Assembly: GCF_004010195.1 (NCBI RefSeq)
Contig: NC_057735.1
Coordinates: 11,286,441 to 11,348,511 of the forward strand
DNA from: Chiloscyllium plagiosum
Lineage: Eukaryota
Length of the DNA stretch: 62,071 nucleotides
Direction of reading: 5' to 3'
Made by a program: the position numbers and the translations under genes. Within the stretch, counting starts at the first letter, position 1, and each line of letters opens with the position of its first letter. The notes under the pieces are model-generated. The model made no database searches, was not told the DNA's origin, and saw only the letters and a program-made list of their open reading frames with translations. Positions 36,901 to 50,249 of this stretch are shown here, in pieces.

Positions 36901-37899
36901 TAGTTTGAATTGTGTTACACTCAAAATTGATCTTTTCACTGAACATATTCTCTCAATTCAATACCTTCTCCTTTTAACTATGTTGAAACCTAATGTCTGC
37001 GAAGAACAAATTGACTTTGAACACAATGCCTGCTTTCTATATGATAATATTTGAAACACATTTTGCTTTAACTTCCAGGACAATAGGATTTGTAACTTCA
37101 GCTGACTGTATCATCAGGACCCTCAGTGCTTTAAAGTATGGCCTGGCAATCGAACAACGAAACCATTTTTGTCATTTGCCACATATATGGATGGACTCAC
37201 TGGGTAATATTATGTAATAACCCTGCTATGTTCTTTCAAAATCATTCATTCTCTTCAAGGGTCAGGATGACCCAATGCAGGGTAAACACTGCATATAGGT
37301 CTAGTTGCTGTATAATTTGAAAATACCAACAAGGTTAGGTCAACCCTCAGTGATAGAGAAGAGCTGAGTAGTTCCAACAAAGCCAGAAGGTGGAACGTTG
37401 AAAGAATTATTTGGATCTTCACAAATTTAAGGGGAAACTTCTCTTCCCACAGCTATTCAATGGCAGAGATTCATCTGAGTGATGGATTTCTGCAGCAGTG
37501 CCTGAACTACAACCCCATGTTTCAATTTCCATTAATGAATGGATGTATGGGTTCTCACACAAATGGCGATTTCTAAGCTTGTAAGTTTAAATGGAGGCGA
37601 CGACACTAATGACTATCATTAGTTTATACACAATAAAGACTGATAGATTAATAATGGATGTTTGTCAAAGCATCAATTCTTCATCCATAGCGTTGATAAC
37701 TGAAATGCTGTTTTTCCATTTAATGCATGTGTACCTGCAGTGTATATTATGGACTAGAAATTCTTTAGGGGTTCTCTCGAGTTTTTGTTCCAATATCCTG
37801 TCAAAGTTATGCAGGAAATTTGGGAGAACCACCATAGAATTCAATGAAATAATCACCTATCAGCACTTGTTTTTATTCATTCACAAGATATGGGCCCCA

Positions 37900-38205
37900 C
37901 TGGCTAAGCCAGAATTTACTGCCCAATGTGCAGTTAGACTCAATCACATTTCTGTGAGTATGGAGCCACAATGAGGCTAGACCAGGTAAGGATGACAGTT
38001 TCCCTTCCTAAACAACAAGTGTGAACCATATGGGTTTTTTTCTACAATTGACAATGGATTCACTGTCATCATTAGATTCTTAACTCTATATTTCTATGGA
38101 ATTCAAATTCTGCCATCTGACATGGTGGGAATTGAACCAATGTCCCCAGAATGGTACTTGGATCTCTGGATTATTCTGGATATCACTAGGCCATTGCTTC
38201 TCCTC
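37900..38205 (-). mobile_element. tRNA-derived SINE (second family)
   Basis: Homologous to 17355-17660. Confidence 0.7.
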
Positions 38206-38644
38206 CACATTTATACATTTGCACTTTTGTGAGAGAGCCTCAATAGCTGGGAGACGTTCCCTAGGAATTCAGGCGTGATTCCCCAATCAATTCAAGTCAT
38301 GGTGAGGAAGATGTCTGTTTGACCAAAGTACATGCATATGATACTCTCTCCAGGTAAGAGAGGCTCTGTCAGAAGCTAGCAGCCAAGAATTTGTTTCATA
38401 GTATGAACTGATTTCTTATTTGTATTCCATAACTATTGATGCAGTTTTGTCCTCAAAAAGCATTTATTTTGTAGCTCCTACTGACTATGGACAATTTTTT
38501 GATAAATTAGAATCTGATAACTGCACGGTATGTTTGTAATGCATTCCCATTTCCATACACTCACATTGGTGGAGAGGTTATCACAACAGCCATCAAGGTA
38601 ACACAATTATCAGATCATACAAACAAATTTGACGTTACTCCCTC

Positions 38645-38735
38645 CCCTATACAATGTTATGACACACCTCTGGAGTAGGTGGGATTTGAACGCAGGTGTT
38701 CTGGTTCAGAGGTAGGGGCACTACCACAGCGCCAT
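38645..38735 (-). mobile_element. Short tRNA-like SINE head
   Basis: TGGCGCTGTGGTAG..GTTCAAATCCC on minus; related copies at 55955-56045 and 56085-56140. Confidence 0.5.
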
Positions 38736-40424
38736 AACGATCCATAATGCAGCCTTTGTTAGGACACTCAATAGCTAGGAATTGTGCTTCCTCACCAGTT
38801 AAGCACAGTGGGTTGGAATTGCTCCTGATAGTGGAGGTCAAATAGGCCCCTGAGCAAACAGGGCTCTACACCAATGTTGAGAGAGTAGAATCCAGATGAG
38901 GAGAGAGTGAGTACCTTAACTGAAGGCAGGAGAAACTCAGCAGGTCTGGTAGCATCTGTTCAGAAGCAGAGTCATTTTGGATTCGAAAGGTTAATTTTGT
39001 TTCTCTGTCCACCTTTGCTGCCAAACCTGCTAAGATTCTCAAGCAATTTTCTGTTTTTACTTCAGTTTTCCAGCATCTGCCATACTTTGCTTTTATTGAA
39101 GTAAGGACACTAGTCTACAGTTTTCAAACTAATCCGATACAAAATGATCATGCCTGCTAGTGCTTAATCCACTCTTCCAATTTCTTATAAAATGTGCTAT
39201 AAAATAAACGCAATGGCATGGAAATGTTAATCCCTTGCACCTTCAACCTTTGATGTACAATCAATGTTGTCGAGGTATGAAACGAAGAGTGTGGTGCTGG
39301 AAAAACACAGCAGGTCAGGCAGCATCCATGGTGCAGGACAATCAATGTTTCAGGCATAAGCCCTTCATCCTGATGGGTCTGGGAGGGATGCTCTTCAGAG
39401 GGTCAGTGTGGAATTGATGGGCTGAATGACCAGCTTCTACGCTGTAGGACTACTATGACTCTGTGAATCTCAGCAACCGGTGCATCATGAAATGCAATTA
39501 GTTTCAAGGTGTGGACCAGAATGATAAGTATCTTTTGTCAAATTTGTTTCAGGCAGATTACTGTCATCCAGTACTGAATGGAAACTTTAATCAGATGTAA
39601 ATCAATCACTTGGTCCTGGCAGAAAATTAAGCTCATGTATTGCCGCAACATTAGATTAGTCTTTTCATCTGTTCCTTGTTATTCTTTTTATATCTCAATG
39701 TTACATTTGCATCACTTGAATTGCAATTAAAGAAGAAAGAAAAATGTCAAGTAAGGAAAAGAAAGTCAAACAATTTTGCAGGGCCACCCTCATTCCATCT
39801 GCTGTCTCAAAGCATCATACAACCAATAAAACCCTTATTTCTTGAAGTGAAGTCACTGACCTAATGGAGGAAACACAATAGCCAACTTGCACACTATAGG
39901 AATCCCATAGCAACAATGTATCAATCAGGAGAAAATCTTTTTCCTTATTGTGTTGATTGAAAGATAACTATTATCCAAGACACCAAGGATAATTCTCCTA
40001 ATTTTTAAAAAATAATGCAACAAGATCTTTTATATCTATCTCAGACAGCAGGCAAACCTCTGGTGCTTTATCTAATAGACAGGATCTCTGACAGTGTAGC
40101 ACTCCCGCAGTGCTATGTCGATATTAGCTATGATTGCTTTGTTCAAATCTTAGAGTGCGACTACTAGAGCCTTCTGACTTGTTGTGAAAATGCAACAACT
40201 GAGCCACAGCTTACACAGCATGTGAATTTATTTACTAAAGCCTTCCACCGAGATCTTCAGAGCATTGAAGTTCTGTTTCTGAATTTTTAGAATTTCTGGG
40301 AAACTCTTCAGAGGTTTGGTGTAGATTTGATGGGGCTAACGGCCTGCTTCCACACTGTAGAGATTCTACAAAAATGTGAGAAGTAATTTAAACACATTAC
40401 AAAGCACATTTAATGAAATGCAGA

Positions 40425-42270
40425 GTTTAAATGATTTAACAGAGATTGTAGCGGTTGTGCGATTATAACATAGCTCTCAATATTCATTCTGTCACTAACA
40501 ATTGAACAGTTGATCTAATTCTTCAAACAACACTAAGAAGCAAAACAATTAGGCTTTTATATAGCATCGGAGTGTTATGCAATAAATGGGTTTGGTGATT
40601 CTTCTTCCAAACCAGTTGGAAAGTGTCAGGATGACATAACTGAAAACTGTCCTTGCAGTCCCCATATATGGTAAATTCAACCTCTCAAGTGTTAAAGGGA
40701 AAGAAATGAATGGTTAGAGACTACCTTCCAAAAGCCGGGCCAGTAAAGGCCAGGAACCAAAGATCTGAGTATGGATCGTGGAGCTGCAAAGCGCTTAAAT
40801 AATGGGTTTCACCTTTCTGTTGTCCATTGTTTTCCTATCAGGTAAGACAGTAATGGTGTTTGGATTTTTGGGAGTATGGAAAGCTCATTCTGATAGGAAA
40901 TGTGATCGGCTGATAACCTTCTGACATTGAGACAGCTGGTAAGGGTTTGGGCAATTTTTTACTTTTCAAGAAGGGAAATGTTTTCAACATCTTTAATTTG
41001 TCTATAGAGAAAAAGACTAACGCATCCCCTATTTTGACATGAACAATACAATGGAATCTTATTTCCAAATTTCAAATCTCCTGCCTTATTACTTATTTTG
41101 TTTTGGTTGATGTGAAACTAGAATCTTAAATGAGGATGAGGTGAATTTTCTGAACAAGCAGATTAGTTTCCTGCTTGTACTGAATTTATAATTATGCAAT
41201 TTAACACAGACTTGGATTACTATTGCTCAAACCTCTTTATATTGGCTGACTTGTTAAATTGATTATAAAGTTTCACCTTAGAGTTTAGTCAGAGAAACAT
41301 CAATGAATTTTGGGTTAGAGCTGATGCAGATTAGATATGATCATTAAATGACATTTTCTTTAATACTGCATTCCTTTTGATCTTCACAACTACCAATGCA
41401 GAAAAGTGAGAATATTTTGTTCTATCATTCTGCAATATTTTTAAATGATGGTTAATGTGGAAATGTTATCCTCCAATCTTTTAACAAACTTGTCTGTGAA
41501 ATATGGTGATGGAGTGGGGTATGTGAAAAAAATCCTGTCTTTAAGGAGTGATGGAAAACTTCTGTATAAATCCAGTTAAGTAGCTTTGTACTCATCTTGA
41601 CCAAACATCGTGTTTACATACGAAGAAGTCAAAATCTTACAACTGATTGATTGTAGCAGTTGCTGGTTCTGCCATGTTATATGTGATTATTATTGATTTA
41701 TTTGATCTTTTAAATAGTGAAATACATTTTCAACTACCAATAAGCCACATTTGCTTCTGTTCAGTACCTGTGAGATACACTTAGTACCACTAACGAGCAG
41801 AGGACTCCAGTTTGGTTCCATTTCCAACTACTGTATTCTCCAGTCCCTCACATCAACAACCCAACCCATTTAGATTTCAAGACCCTAACCAAAAATAGAA
41901 TTCTTACTTCCTTAAAAGAAAATGCTGACCTGAAGTCATGCACTGATATCTTTCTCTGCCCAACATACAAACCAGCTGGGAAATCACTATCATCAGAAAA
42001 TATAAGATGCAATTGTTGTTTTTAAGAGTGGTGTACAGATCCATTGTGCCATCATAGTCCTTTCTCCATTATTCCTGGTAATTTCATGTCAGTGTAAGTG
42101 GGTTCAGTGTAAATGGGTTCAGTGTAAATGGCTTGGTGGGTTGAGGGTGACTCAACTATTGTTGTGTTGCAACATTGAAAATCTGCAGCCAAGTTCAGAC
42201 GTTCAAAACTGTTGGAAAAACCTTCTGTATCTGTAATTATCTGAAAAACACAATAGTATCCATCCTTCCC
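40425..42270 (+). repeat. Segmental duplicate A (promoter, exon 1 and start of intron of gene 2)
   Basis: Colinear with 58162-59945; homology resumes at 47270-48150 vs 60270-61170. Confidence 0.92.
40802..40841 (+). CDS. CD300/pIgR-like receptor gene 2, exon 1 (signal peptide)
   Basis: MGFTFLLSIVFLS+G|GTAAG, phase 1. Confidence 0.85.
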
Positions 42271-42381
42271 ACTTTGAGCAGAATAGGTTCATTAGTCCAA
42301 GTAGCTCTGTCAATAAAAATTATATACTTATGGATAATATAAATTAGCAAGTTTAGAGAAGAGTTGTTGCTCAGGTTGAGG

Positions 42382-42571
42382 TTCTGGATGTAGGTTTGCT
42401 CGCTGAGCTGGAAGGTTCAGTTTCAGATGTTTTGTCACCATGCTAGGTAACATCTTCAATGGGCATCCAGACGAAGCTTCATCCGAAGGCTCACTGAAGA
42501 TGTTACCCAGTACGGTGACGAAACATCTGAAAATGAACCTTTCAGCTCAGCGAGCCAACCTCCATCCAGAA
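42382..42571. mobile_element. Near-perfect 190-bp palindrome of PLE terminal repeats
   Basis: Arms mirror around GAAGCTTC (42473-42480); hammerhead core CTGAAGA-TGTTACC..GGTGAC-GAAAC at 42494-42524; same family as the 29025-29110 end. Confidence 0.85.
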
Positions 42572-43394
42572 GATATAAATTCTTTGAGCTGCACTGATAG
42601 TTTACGGCTGATTTAATAGGGTGGGGCAAAAACTCCTTGAAGTAATTACATTGACAGCTCCTCTTCCTCCTGGACAGGAATAACAGCTACTTGTCATAGT
42701 TCTTTCTTAAACAGAAGAATGCCCTTGTTAGATCTTACATTTTTCAATTCCTTAATATCAGATTTCTCAGATTTTAGAGCATATTGTCAGACAATTTCAT
42801 CTGAAGAAAATTAAATTTTCAAAATTCCAATTTTCCCTGTTTTTTAAGAGCACAATTCACATTAATTAACGTTTAATATTAGCAAATCTTGTCTTCCAAA
42901 AGTAAACCTGTTGGACAATAGCCTGGTGTTGTGTGATTGTAAACACCAGAAGTAAAAATTCACTTGTGGTTAGAATGATATTTGGAAATTCATTCCAGCC
43001 AGGAAATGAAATTCCAAACTTGATAATTCAATTACAAAGATTCTGAAATTAAGTAATTACACAGCACACTTTCTCAAACGGCACAAAACACAAAGTATAC
43101 AGTATTTTAGGAAAGAGGAAATAAGCCATTCCAGTTGACTTGATTACTTTCAGCATCAATTAGCTTTCTTCAAGCAATTCCAAATAAGTACTTTTATTAA
43201 CCAAGCTACTGAGAAACAAATTCTAAATCAACATTTCTTTCTTTTAGGGAACTGATAGTCAAAGCATCCCCAGATCTCAAGCTCCATGGAGCAAAAACAC
43301 ACAAGACAATTTTTAACAACTATTAATGAAATGGACACAAACCAGACATCAAAGAGTTAATATTTGGTTCAGGGACCATAGTACAAAAACTGTT

Positions 43395-43575
43395 TTCTCT
43401 CTGTTTATCTCTAAATCGCTCTGTCTCTCTAACTCTTTATCTTTCTATCTCGATCTCTCTCTATCTCAATGTCTCTCTCTCTAACTCTCTAACCTTCTCT
43501 CTATCTCTCTATCTCTCTTTCTCTATCTGTCTCTCTATCTTTTTTTTTTCTCTATCTCTCTCTCTCTATCTTTTT
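43395..43575. repeat. Degenerate (CT)n/(CTAT)n microsatellite
   Basis: Visible low-complexity tract. Confidence 0.9.
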
Positions 43576-44405
43576 CCTACAACTTATGAACACTTCTTTT
43601 GCTTCCTTTCAAACTCAGCTTTTAACTTGCTGCTTTTCTCAGAGTGAGAGTGGAATGTACAATTAGTTTTACGTCCAATTTTTCACATTCCAGAACGAGT
43701 AGCCATCGCATACAGTCACAATGAGGGAGCTTACCTCAATGCATCTCAGCTGTGATAAATATCTGCTGACCAAAGAATTTCTCTTTTAATTATTCACGGT
43801 GGTTCAGGGGTTGCTAATATTGACCCAGCTAGCATTCTGTTTGGCACCTGTTGTCTCCCCCTCAAATGATTCAAGCATTTTGTTAATTCATCGTGAGCTT
43901 GAAGTACTAATATGAAGACACTGTCCTCTCTGTTTCTCTTTCTTTGTTAAGCACACTCTTTCAAAAGAGGTGGGTTTGTTGGGGCTCCAATTAGCTTTAG
44001 CCATTTGATCAATTTATTTCTTATCTAATGTTTGGTCAATGTTTTCTCCCTATTCAACAGTGGGGTACTTTATTGTCCCAGGTGAATTAGGGCCTATCGA
44101 TTGTCCACACACAGCTCAACTCCTTTCTCTCTCTTAGTTCTTTCAGTGCCACAACTTACAGACAGAATCAACTACACGGTTTGTCCTCTACCTGAAGAGC
44201 GGTAGCACTAAACATTCTTCCCCATTTAGGGACCAGATAGTCAATAGCAGATCAGTGCAGCACCCTGTTCCCAACAACAATTGTTGGAGATGGATTTTAA
44301 AGGAAATCTGAGTCCCATGTTCAGCTGCACAAATCAATCTTTATTTGGAGCTCCTTGTCACTCAGTCTGGGAAAGGTTCCTTGGACAATCCACCTTTCCC
44401 AATTA

Positions 44406-44620
44406 AGTTAAAAATCATGCAATAGCAGGTTCTAGTCCGACAGGTTTATTTGGAAGTACAAGCTTTTGGAGTGCTGTGTTTTGTCAGGTAGTTTCCTGAT
44501 GAAGGAGCGACGCTCCGAAAGTTTGTACCGTACTTCCAAATAAACCTGTTGAACTATAACCTGGAGTTGTGTGATTTTTAACTTTGTCCACCCCAGTCCA
44601 ACACTGGCCACTCCACATCA
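44406..44620. mobile_element. Palindromic PLE mini-element
   Basis: Same family as 945-1445; core CTGATGAAGGAGCGACGCTCCGAAA at 44496-44520. Confidence 0.8.
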
Positions 44621-44710
44621 AGTTTCCCAGTAAAGTACAGGATATTCATACGTTCCACACTATAATGGTTACATGCAACATTGGCATCAGTGCTTTCCAG
44701 AGTTTAGCTT

Positions 44711-44960
44711 AGAGTGGTGCTAGAAAAGTGCAGCAGGTCAGGCAGCATCCAAGGAGCAGGAGAATCAATGTTTCGGGCAAAAGCCCTTCAGCAGGAATGG
44801 GGGTAGGGAGCCGCCAGGGTGGAGAGAGAACTGAAGGCGGGGGGGGGGGGCGTGTGGATGGGGAGAAGGTAGCAAAGCAGGTAGGACAGGTCATGAGGAC
44901 AGTGCTGAGCTGGAAGTTTGGAACAGGGGTAAGGTGGGGGAAGGGGAAATGAGGAAACTG
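44711..44960 (-). mobile_element. Penelope-like 3' end
   Basis: Terminal repeat with CTGCTGA..GAAAC variant; homologous to 57700-57905. Confidence 0.7.
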
Positions 44961-44984
44961 GTCCTGACCCCAGTTCCAACCTTC

Positions 44985-46290
44985 AACTTCCAACGCTCCA
45001 GGGAAAACAGCCCCAGCCTGTTCAGCCTCTCCCTGTAGCTCAAATCTTCCAACCCTGCAGCATCCTTGTAAATCTTTTCTGAACCCTTTCAAGTTTCACA
45101 ACATCTTTCCGATAGGAAGGAGACCAGAATTGCACACAATATTCTAACAGTGGCCTAACCAATGTCCTGTACAGCCGCAACATGACCTCCCAACTCCTGT
45201 ACTCAATACTCGGACCAATAAAAAAACGCATACCAATCGCCTTTTTCATTACCTATCTACCTGTGACTCCATTTTCAAGGATGCATGAACCTACACTCCA
45301 AGGTCTCTTTGCTCAGCATCACTCCTGAGGACTTTACCATTAAGTGTATAAATCCTGCTAAGATTTGCTTTCCCAAAATGCAGCACCTCACATTTATCTG
45401 AAATAAACTCCATCTGCCACTGACCAGCCCATTGGCCCATCTGGTCCAGATCCTGCTGTAATCTGAGGTAACCCTCTTCGCTGTCCACTACACATCAAAT
45501 TTTGGGATCATCTTCAAACTTACTAACTGTACCTCTTATGCTCACATTCAAATAATTTATATAAATAATGAAAAGTAGTGGACCTAGCACCGCTCCTTGT
45601 GGCACTCCACTGGTCACAAGCCTCCAGTCTGAAAAACAACCCTCCACTACCAACTTCTGTCTTCTACCTTTGAGCCAGTTCTGTCTCCAAATGGCTAATT
45701 CTTCTTTTATTCCGTGAGATCTAACCTTGCTAATTAGTCTCCCATGGGGAACCTTGTCAAACTCCTTACTGAAGTCTATATAGATCACATCTACTGCTCT
45801 GCTCTCATCAATCCTCTTTGTTACTTCTTCAAAAAACTCAATCAAGTTTGTGAGACATGATTTCCATCGCACAAAGCCATGTTGACTATCTCTAATCAGT
45901 CCTTGCCTTTCCAAATACATGTACATGCTGTCCCTCAGGATTCCCTCCAACAACTTGCCCACCACCGAAGCCAGGCTCACTGGTCTATAGTTCTCTGGCT
46001 TGTCCTTACCACCCTTCTTAAACAGTGGCACCACGTTAGCCAACCACTTGTCTTCCGGCACCTCACCTGTGACTATCAATGATACAAATATCTCAGCAAG
46101 AGGCCCAGCAATCACTTCTCTAGCTTCCCACAGAGTTCTAGGGTACACCTGATCAGATCCTGGGGATTTATCCACCTTTACGTGTTTCAAGACATCCAGC
46201 ACTTCCTCCTCTGTAATATGGACATTTTGCAAGGTGTCACCATCTACTTCCCTACATTCTACACCCTCCATATCCTTTTCCACAGTAAAA
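44985..46290 (-). mobile_element. HER1/CR1 LINE ORF2 (RT) fragment
   Basis: ORF 45495..46304: KSPG.D, NYRPVSL, QHGFV, DFSKEFDKVPH, GVPQGAVLGP. Confidence 0.97.
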
Positions 46291-46519
46291 TTAATGATAA
46301 TCACTTAACTATTAAAATAAATGTCTGAGATCTATACAGCGACCACAGAAACAAAAGTGCAAAACTGCACCACTTTATAATGTGCATTGTAAAGACAACA
46401 GGAAAATGGCACTGAGGTCCAGCTGTAATCTCACTGTTTCACCCTGAACAGCAGCACCCTTTACCACACCAACTTGCCCTGTATCGAGGTGCTAAACTCT
46501 CAATCCCAGCTCTGGGACA

Positions 46520-46870
46520 TGTCATTTATGGACAGGACACCAGATTCCCAAAGCAACTGTTCCATTCACAAGTCTACCTTGGCAAAATGTTTCCACAAGG
46601 ACAGAAGAAATGGTTTGGAGATGTCTTCAAAGCTTCCTGAAGAAATCAAAAGTAACTATGTCATATGGGAGTTCCTGGTTTGTGACCAACCAAAATGGAG
46701 AAGGCTTGTTTCAAAAAAGCAACTAATATGTTCAGCAACTTTGAAAACTGAAGATGTGAATATTAGAGGAAGTGCACAAACTTTCAAACAAAGCCTTCCA
46801 TGATCCTTCAATCAGCACATGACAGAGCCAGCAGATACACACTGGAGAGGTTCAGAACCCATTGAATCAG
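46520..46870 (+). mobile_element. Degenerate RTE-like LINE 3' fragment
   Basis: GH...D.RFPKQL motif; similar to 49950-50160 (LGHIIHIQDSRFPKQLF). Confidence 0.5.
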
Positions 46871-47589
46871 AGCAGAAGCAAGCCTTTGGTACCAGCGAAC
46901 TGCTTTCGGGAAAGGTAATATTCAGATCTCTGATGGTTTTAAAAGCCCGACAGTTTGCACTTCCTTGCACTCACCTTGTTCTGTGATGCCCAAGTGCATC
47001 TCATGTCATATCTTGCTTTTGTAACAAATCTTCAAATAGCAACAAATGTCAGAGGAAGTTTGTTTCAAAGGTAAATATAGATGTGGTATTGAACCACACA
47101 GGCAGATTTACTGTGTGTTTCTTGTACTCAATAAAGGAAATCTGAGGATGACTCGGGGGAACAAACTGCTCTAAAAACACACCGCAAATTCCCATCAGTT
47201 AAACTATGGTTTGGACCCCACATCCCAGCCAAGTTCTCTGGATGCAGTAGTTCACAACTTCATCTGTCCTAGCTCTAAGTCTCTTCCCTCCCCAGAACCA
47301 ACTCACTCATTCTAGAGCTATATCTTCTCCTTCTCTTCCACAAACTTCTGCATCCGTTCTGTCAGTTCCATTCCTTTCAGTTGACTTCCATTCTGCTCCT
47401 CTCTTTGCCTGAAGTCTCCAGTGCTTCTACCACACACCTTCTCACCTGAAAGAGAGGCAGTGTGACAGCCATGGATATTACATGGCTGGGTGATGGGTAC
47501 CACAACAATGTGAACCATTATTTCTCAGACTGGATGAAGGCACATGATGTAACTCTCCACTGGTCACCGACAGGATGACTGCTTTTCTT

Positions 47590-48170
47590 GATGCATGGTA
47601 ACGATCCAGACTGGGATTGCCACGATACAATTTCAACGTTTACAGATGCGATAAGGCTTAGAAACGTTGTGAGCCATGTGGGGGATAGGAAAAAATTTCA
47701 AGAAAGCATACATGATATGGTGGAATGGGTAGACAGGTATGTTATGAAATATAAAAATTGAAAAATGTGAGGTGCTTTGCTTTGGTAAGAAAAACGAGGA
47801 GAGGCAATGTAAGTTAAATGCTATAATCCATAGGAGGCAGAGAACCTGGTGTTCTCAAAGCACAAATCGTTGTCTATGTTAGGGAAGCTTGGGGAAGTGA
47901 TTAATGGAGTGTATAACTTTATAAATAAATGCATAGTGTACTAGAGTACATAAGCTGTGGTGAACCTTTTACAGACACTGAATTAGTCACAACTGGAGCA
48001 TCATGACCAATTCTGGATTCCTCACTTTAGGAAGGGTGTGACAACATCAGGGATGATGTGGAAATGATTAATAGGAATGGTTCCTATGATGAGTGTTTAT
48101 AGTTGGAGAAGCAAGTGATGTTTCCTTTTGAGAAGTGAAGGTTAAGGAGACATTATTTAGAGAGGTACAA
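47590..48170 (+). mobile_element. Old CR1 LINE fragment shared by both duplicated blocks
   Basis: Decayed W.MK...KCEV..FG and QLE....FW.PHFRK motifs; counterpart at 60645-61505. Confidence 0.65.
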
Positions 48171-48333
48171 AATCTAGAGTGGTCAGTTGTACAAGGTAAT
48201 GATTCTGAATGGGTGAAGTTGTTAACTCCATGCAATCTCATGATGTTGCACACTCTTGGGTACAGAATGGAAACGTTGTGCTTGAGATCGCAATGTAGTC
48301 TGACTGTGATTTCAGTTTCCTAACGCTTATTGA

Positions 48334-48724
48334 ACAAAGTTAAAAATCACACAAGATCAGGTTGTAGTCCAACAGGTTTATTTGGAAGTACTAGCTTTCA
48401 GAGCACTGCTCCTTCATCAGGTGGTTTTGGAGCAGGATCGTAATACACAGAATTTATAGCAAAAGATTACGTGTCATCAACTGAAATGGTATATTGAACA
48501 AACCTAGATTGTTAGAGCTTTGTTCAGTATACCATTTCAGTTGCATGACACTATAATCTTTTGCTATGAATTCTGTGTCTTACGATCCTGCTCCACAACT
48601 ACCCAATGAAGGAGCAGCGCTCCGAAAGCTAATGCCTCCAAATAAACCTGTTGGACTATAACCTGGTCTTGTGTGATTTTTAACTTTGTCCACCCCCATT
48701 CAACACTGGCTCCTCCACATCATG
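48334..48724. mobile_element. Palindromic PLE mini-element (~170-bp arms)
   Basis: 48334-48500 is the reverse complement of 48519-48689; 8-bp TSD GCTTATTG at 48325-48332 and 48724-48731; hammerhead core on minus at 48392-48420. Confidence 0.88.
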
Positions 48725-48979
48725 CTTATTGGAATTATTCCAAATAGTTGAAGTAGCTTATAGCTACTGCTATCATTCACTAAACTGCACCTTGCTTTTA
48801 GCACAGGTGCCTCATCTTGTTAGTGCATCGCACTCGCTGGTGCATCATCTTCCACTACTGGTAACCAAACAGACTGTCAGGTACAGTAAAAGAAATAAGA
48901 AATGGGACTGCACTCTACACCATTCATTACCTGTGAGTGAACACAGTACATGCAGCAACATCTGTGGGAACAGGGTTAA

Positions 48980-49800
48980 TTGATTTATTGTCACGTGTAC
49001 CAAAGTACAGTGAAAATCTTTTTTTTACAAGCAGTACAGGTGGACCAGAGTAAGCAAGGATGTACAGATCAAAGTGACTTAGACAGAGGCATTCAGGTTA
49101 CATTGTGTGCACTAGGTGCGATCAACATTAGCAAGATCAGCATGATTTGAGGCTAGAGAGTCCATTCATCAGTTTAATAATGGCCAGGAAGAAGCTGGTC
49201 CCAAACCTGCTGGCGCATGTGTTCAGGCTTCTGTATCTTCTGCCCAGTGGAAGAGATGGTAGGAGGTCATTATTAGGGTGTGATGACTCTTTGATGATTT
49301 TGGCAGTGAGCCATGTAAATGGAGTCCATGGATGGGAGGTTAGCTTCCATGATGGTCTGGGCTGTGCACACAACCTTCTATAATTTGTTATGGTCCGGGC
49401 AGAGCATTTGCCATACCAGGCCGTTATGTACCTGGACAGTATGCTCTCAATGGTGCATCTGTAGAAGTTGGTGTTGGTCCTCATGGACATGGTCAATTAC
49501 CTAAGCCACCTGAGGAAGAAGAGGTATTGTTGTATCTTCTTGATTATCGCATCTACAGGGGAAAGTCCAAGACAGGTTGTCGATTATCGTCACTCCGAGG
49601 AATCTGATGTTGTCCACCCTCTAAACCTCAGTTCTGTTGATGTAGTTAGGAGTTTGTTCTCCTCCTTTCTTTCTGAGGTCAATGATCAATTCCTTGGTTT
49701 GCCGACATTGAGAGAGAGGATGTTCTCATCACCCTTTATCTTCCGTCTGTATTTTAACTTGTTATTATTAGCTATCCATACAACTATGGTGATGTCACCA
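48980..49800 (-). mobile_element. Rex1/Babar-like LINE 3' fragment
   Basis: TNFYRCTIESILSRYITAWYGKCS; LPLGRRYRSL. Confidence 0.75.
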
Positions 49801-50249
49801 CAGAAAAAAGTCCAAAACTTCACCACAGATTTCTCCATTGTGTATTGTAAAGATAACACGAAAGTGTAATTGGACACTCAGATTCATGTCCAACAGCAGG
49901 CACCCTCTACCAAGCCAATTTGCCCCTTATCTGATTGCTAAACACTCAATCCCTGTGCTGGGGCATATCATCCATATACAGGACTCCAGATTCCCAAAGC
50001 AGCTGTTCCGATCAGAACACTGCCATTGGAGGATACTGACAGGAGGGATGTCTTCCAAGCATTCCTGAAGATGTCAAACTAAAGCATGACTTATGGGAAT
50101 CATGGCTTGTGACCAAATGAATGGAGAAGACTTGTTTTTGAGTGAACAAGAATAATGAGACAAAATGAGTTAAAGGACAATGAGGAAGGCAGCCAGCAAG
50201 AATTAAGGAGAGAATGCCAAAAAAAAAAGAGAGAAGGTCACAGGAAAGA

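Noticed and set aside
45495-46304. 269-aa ORF as a host gene
   Set aside because: Truncated CR1 reverse transcriptase with degenerate catalytic region
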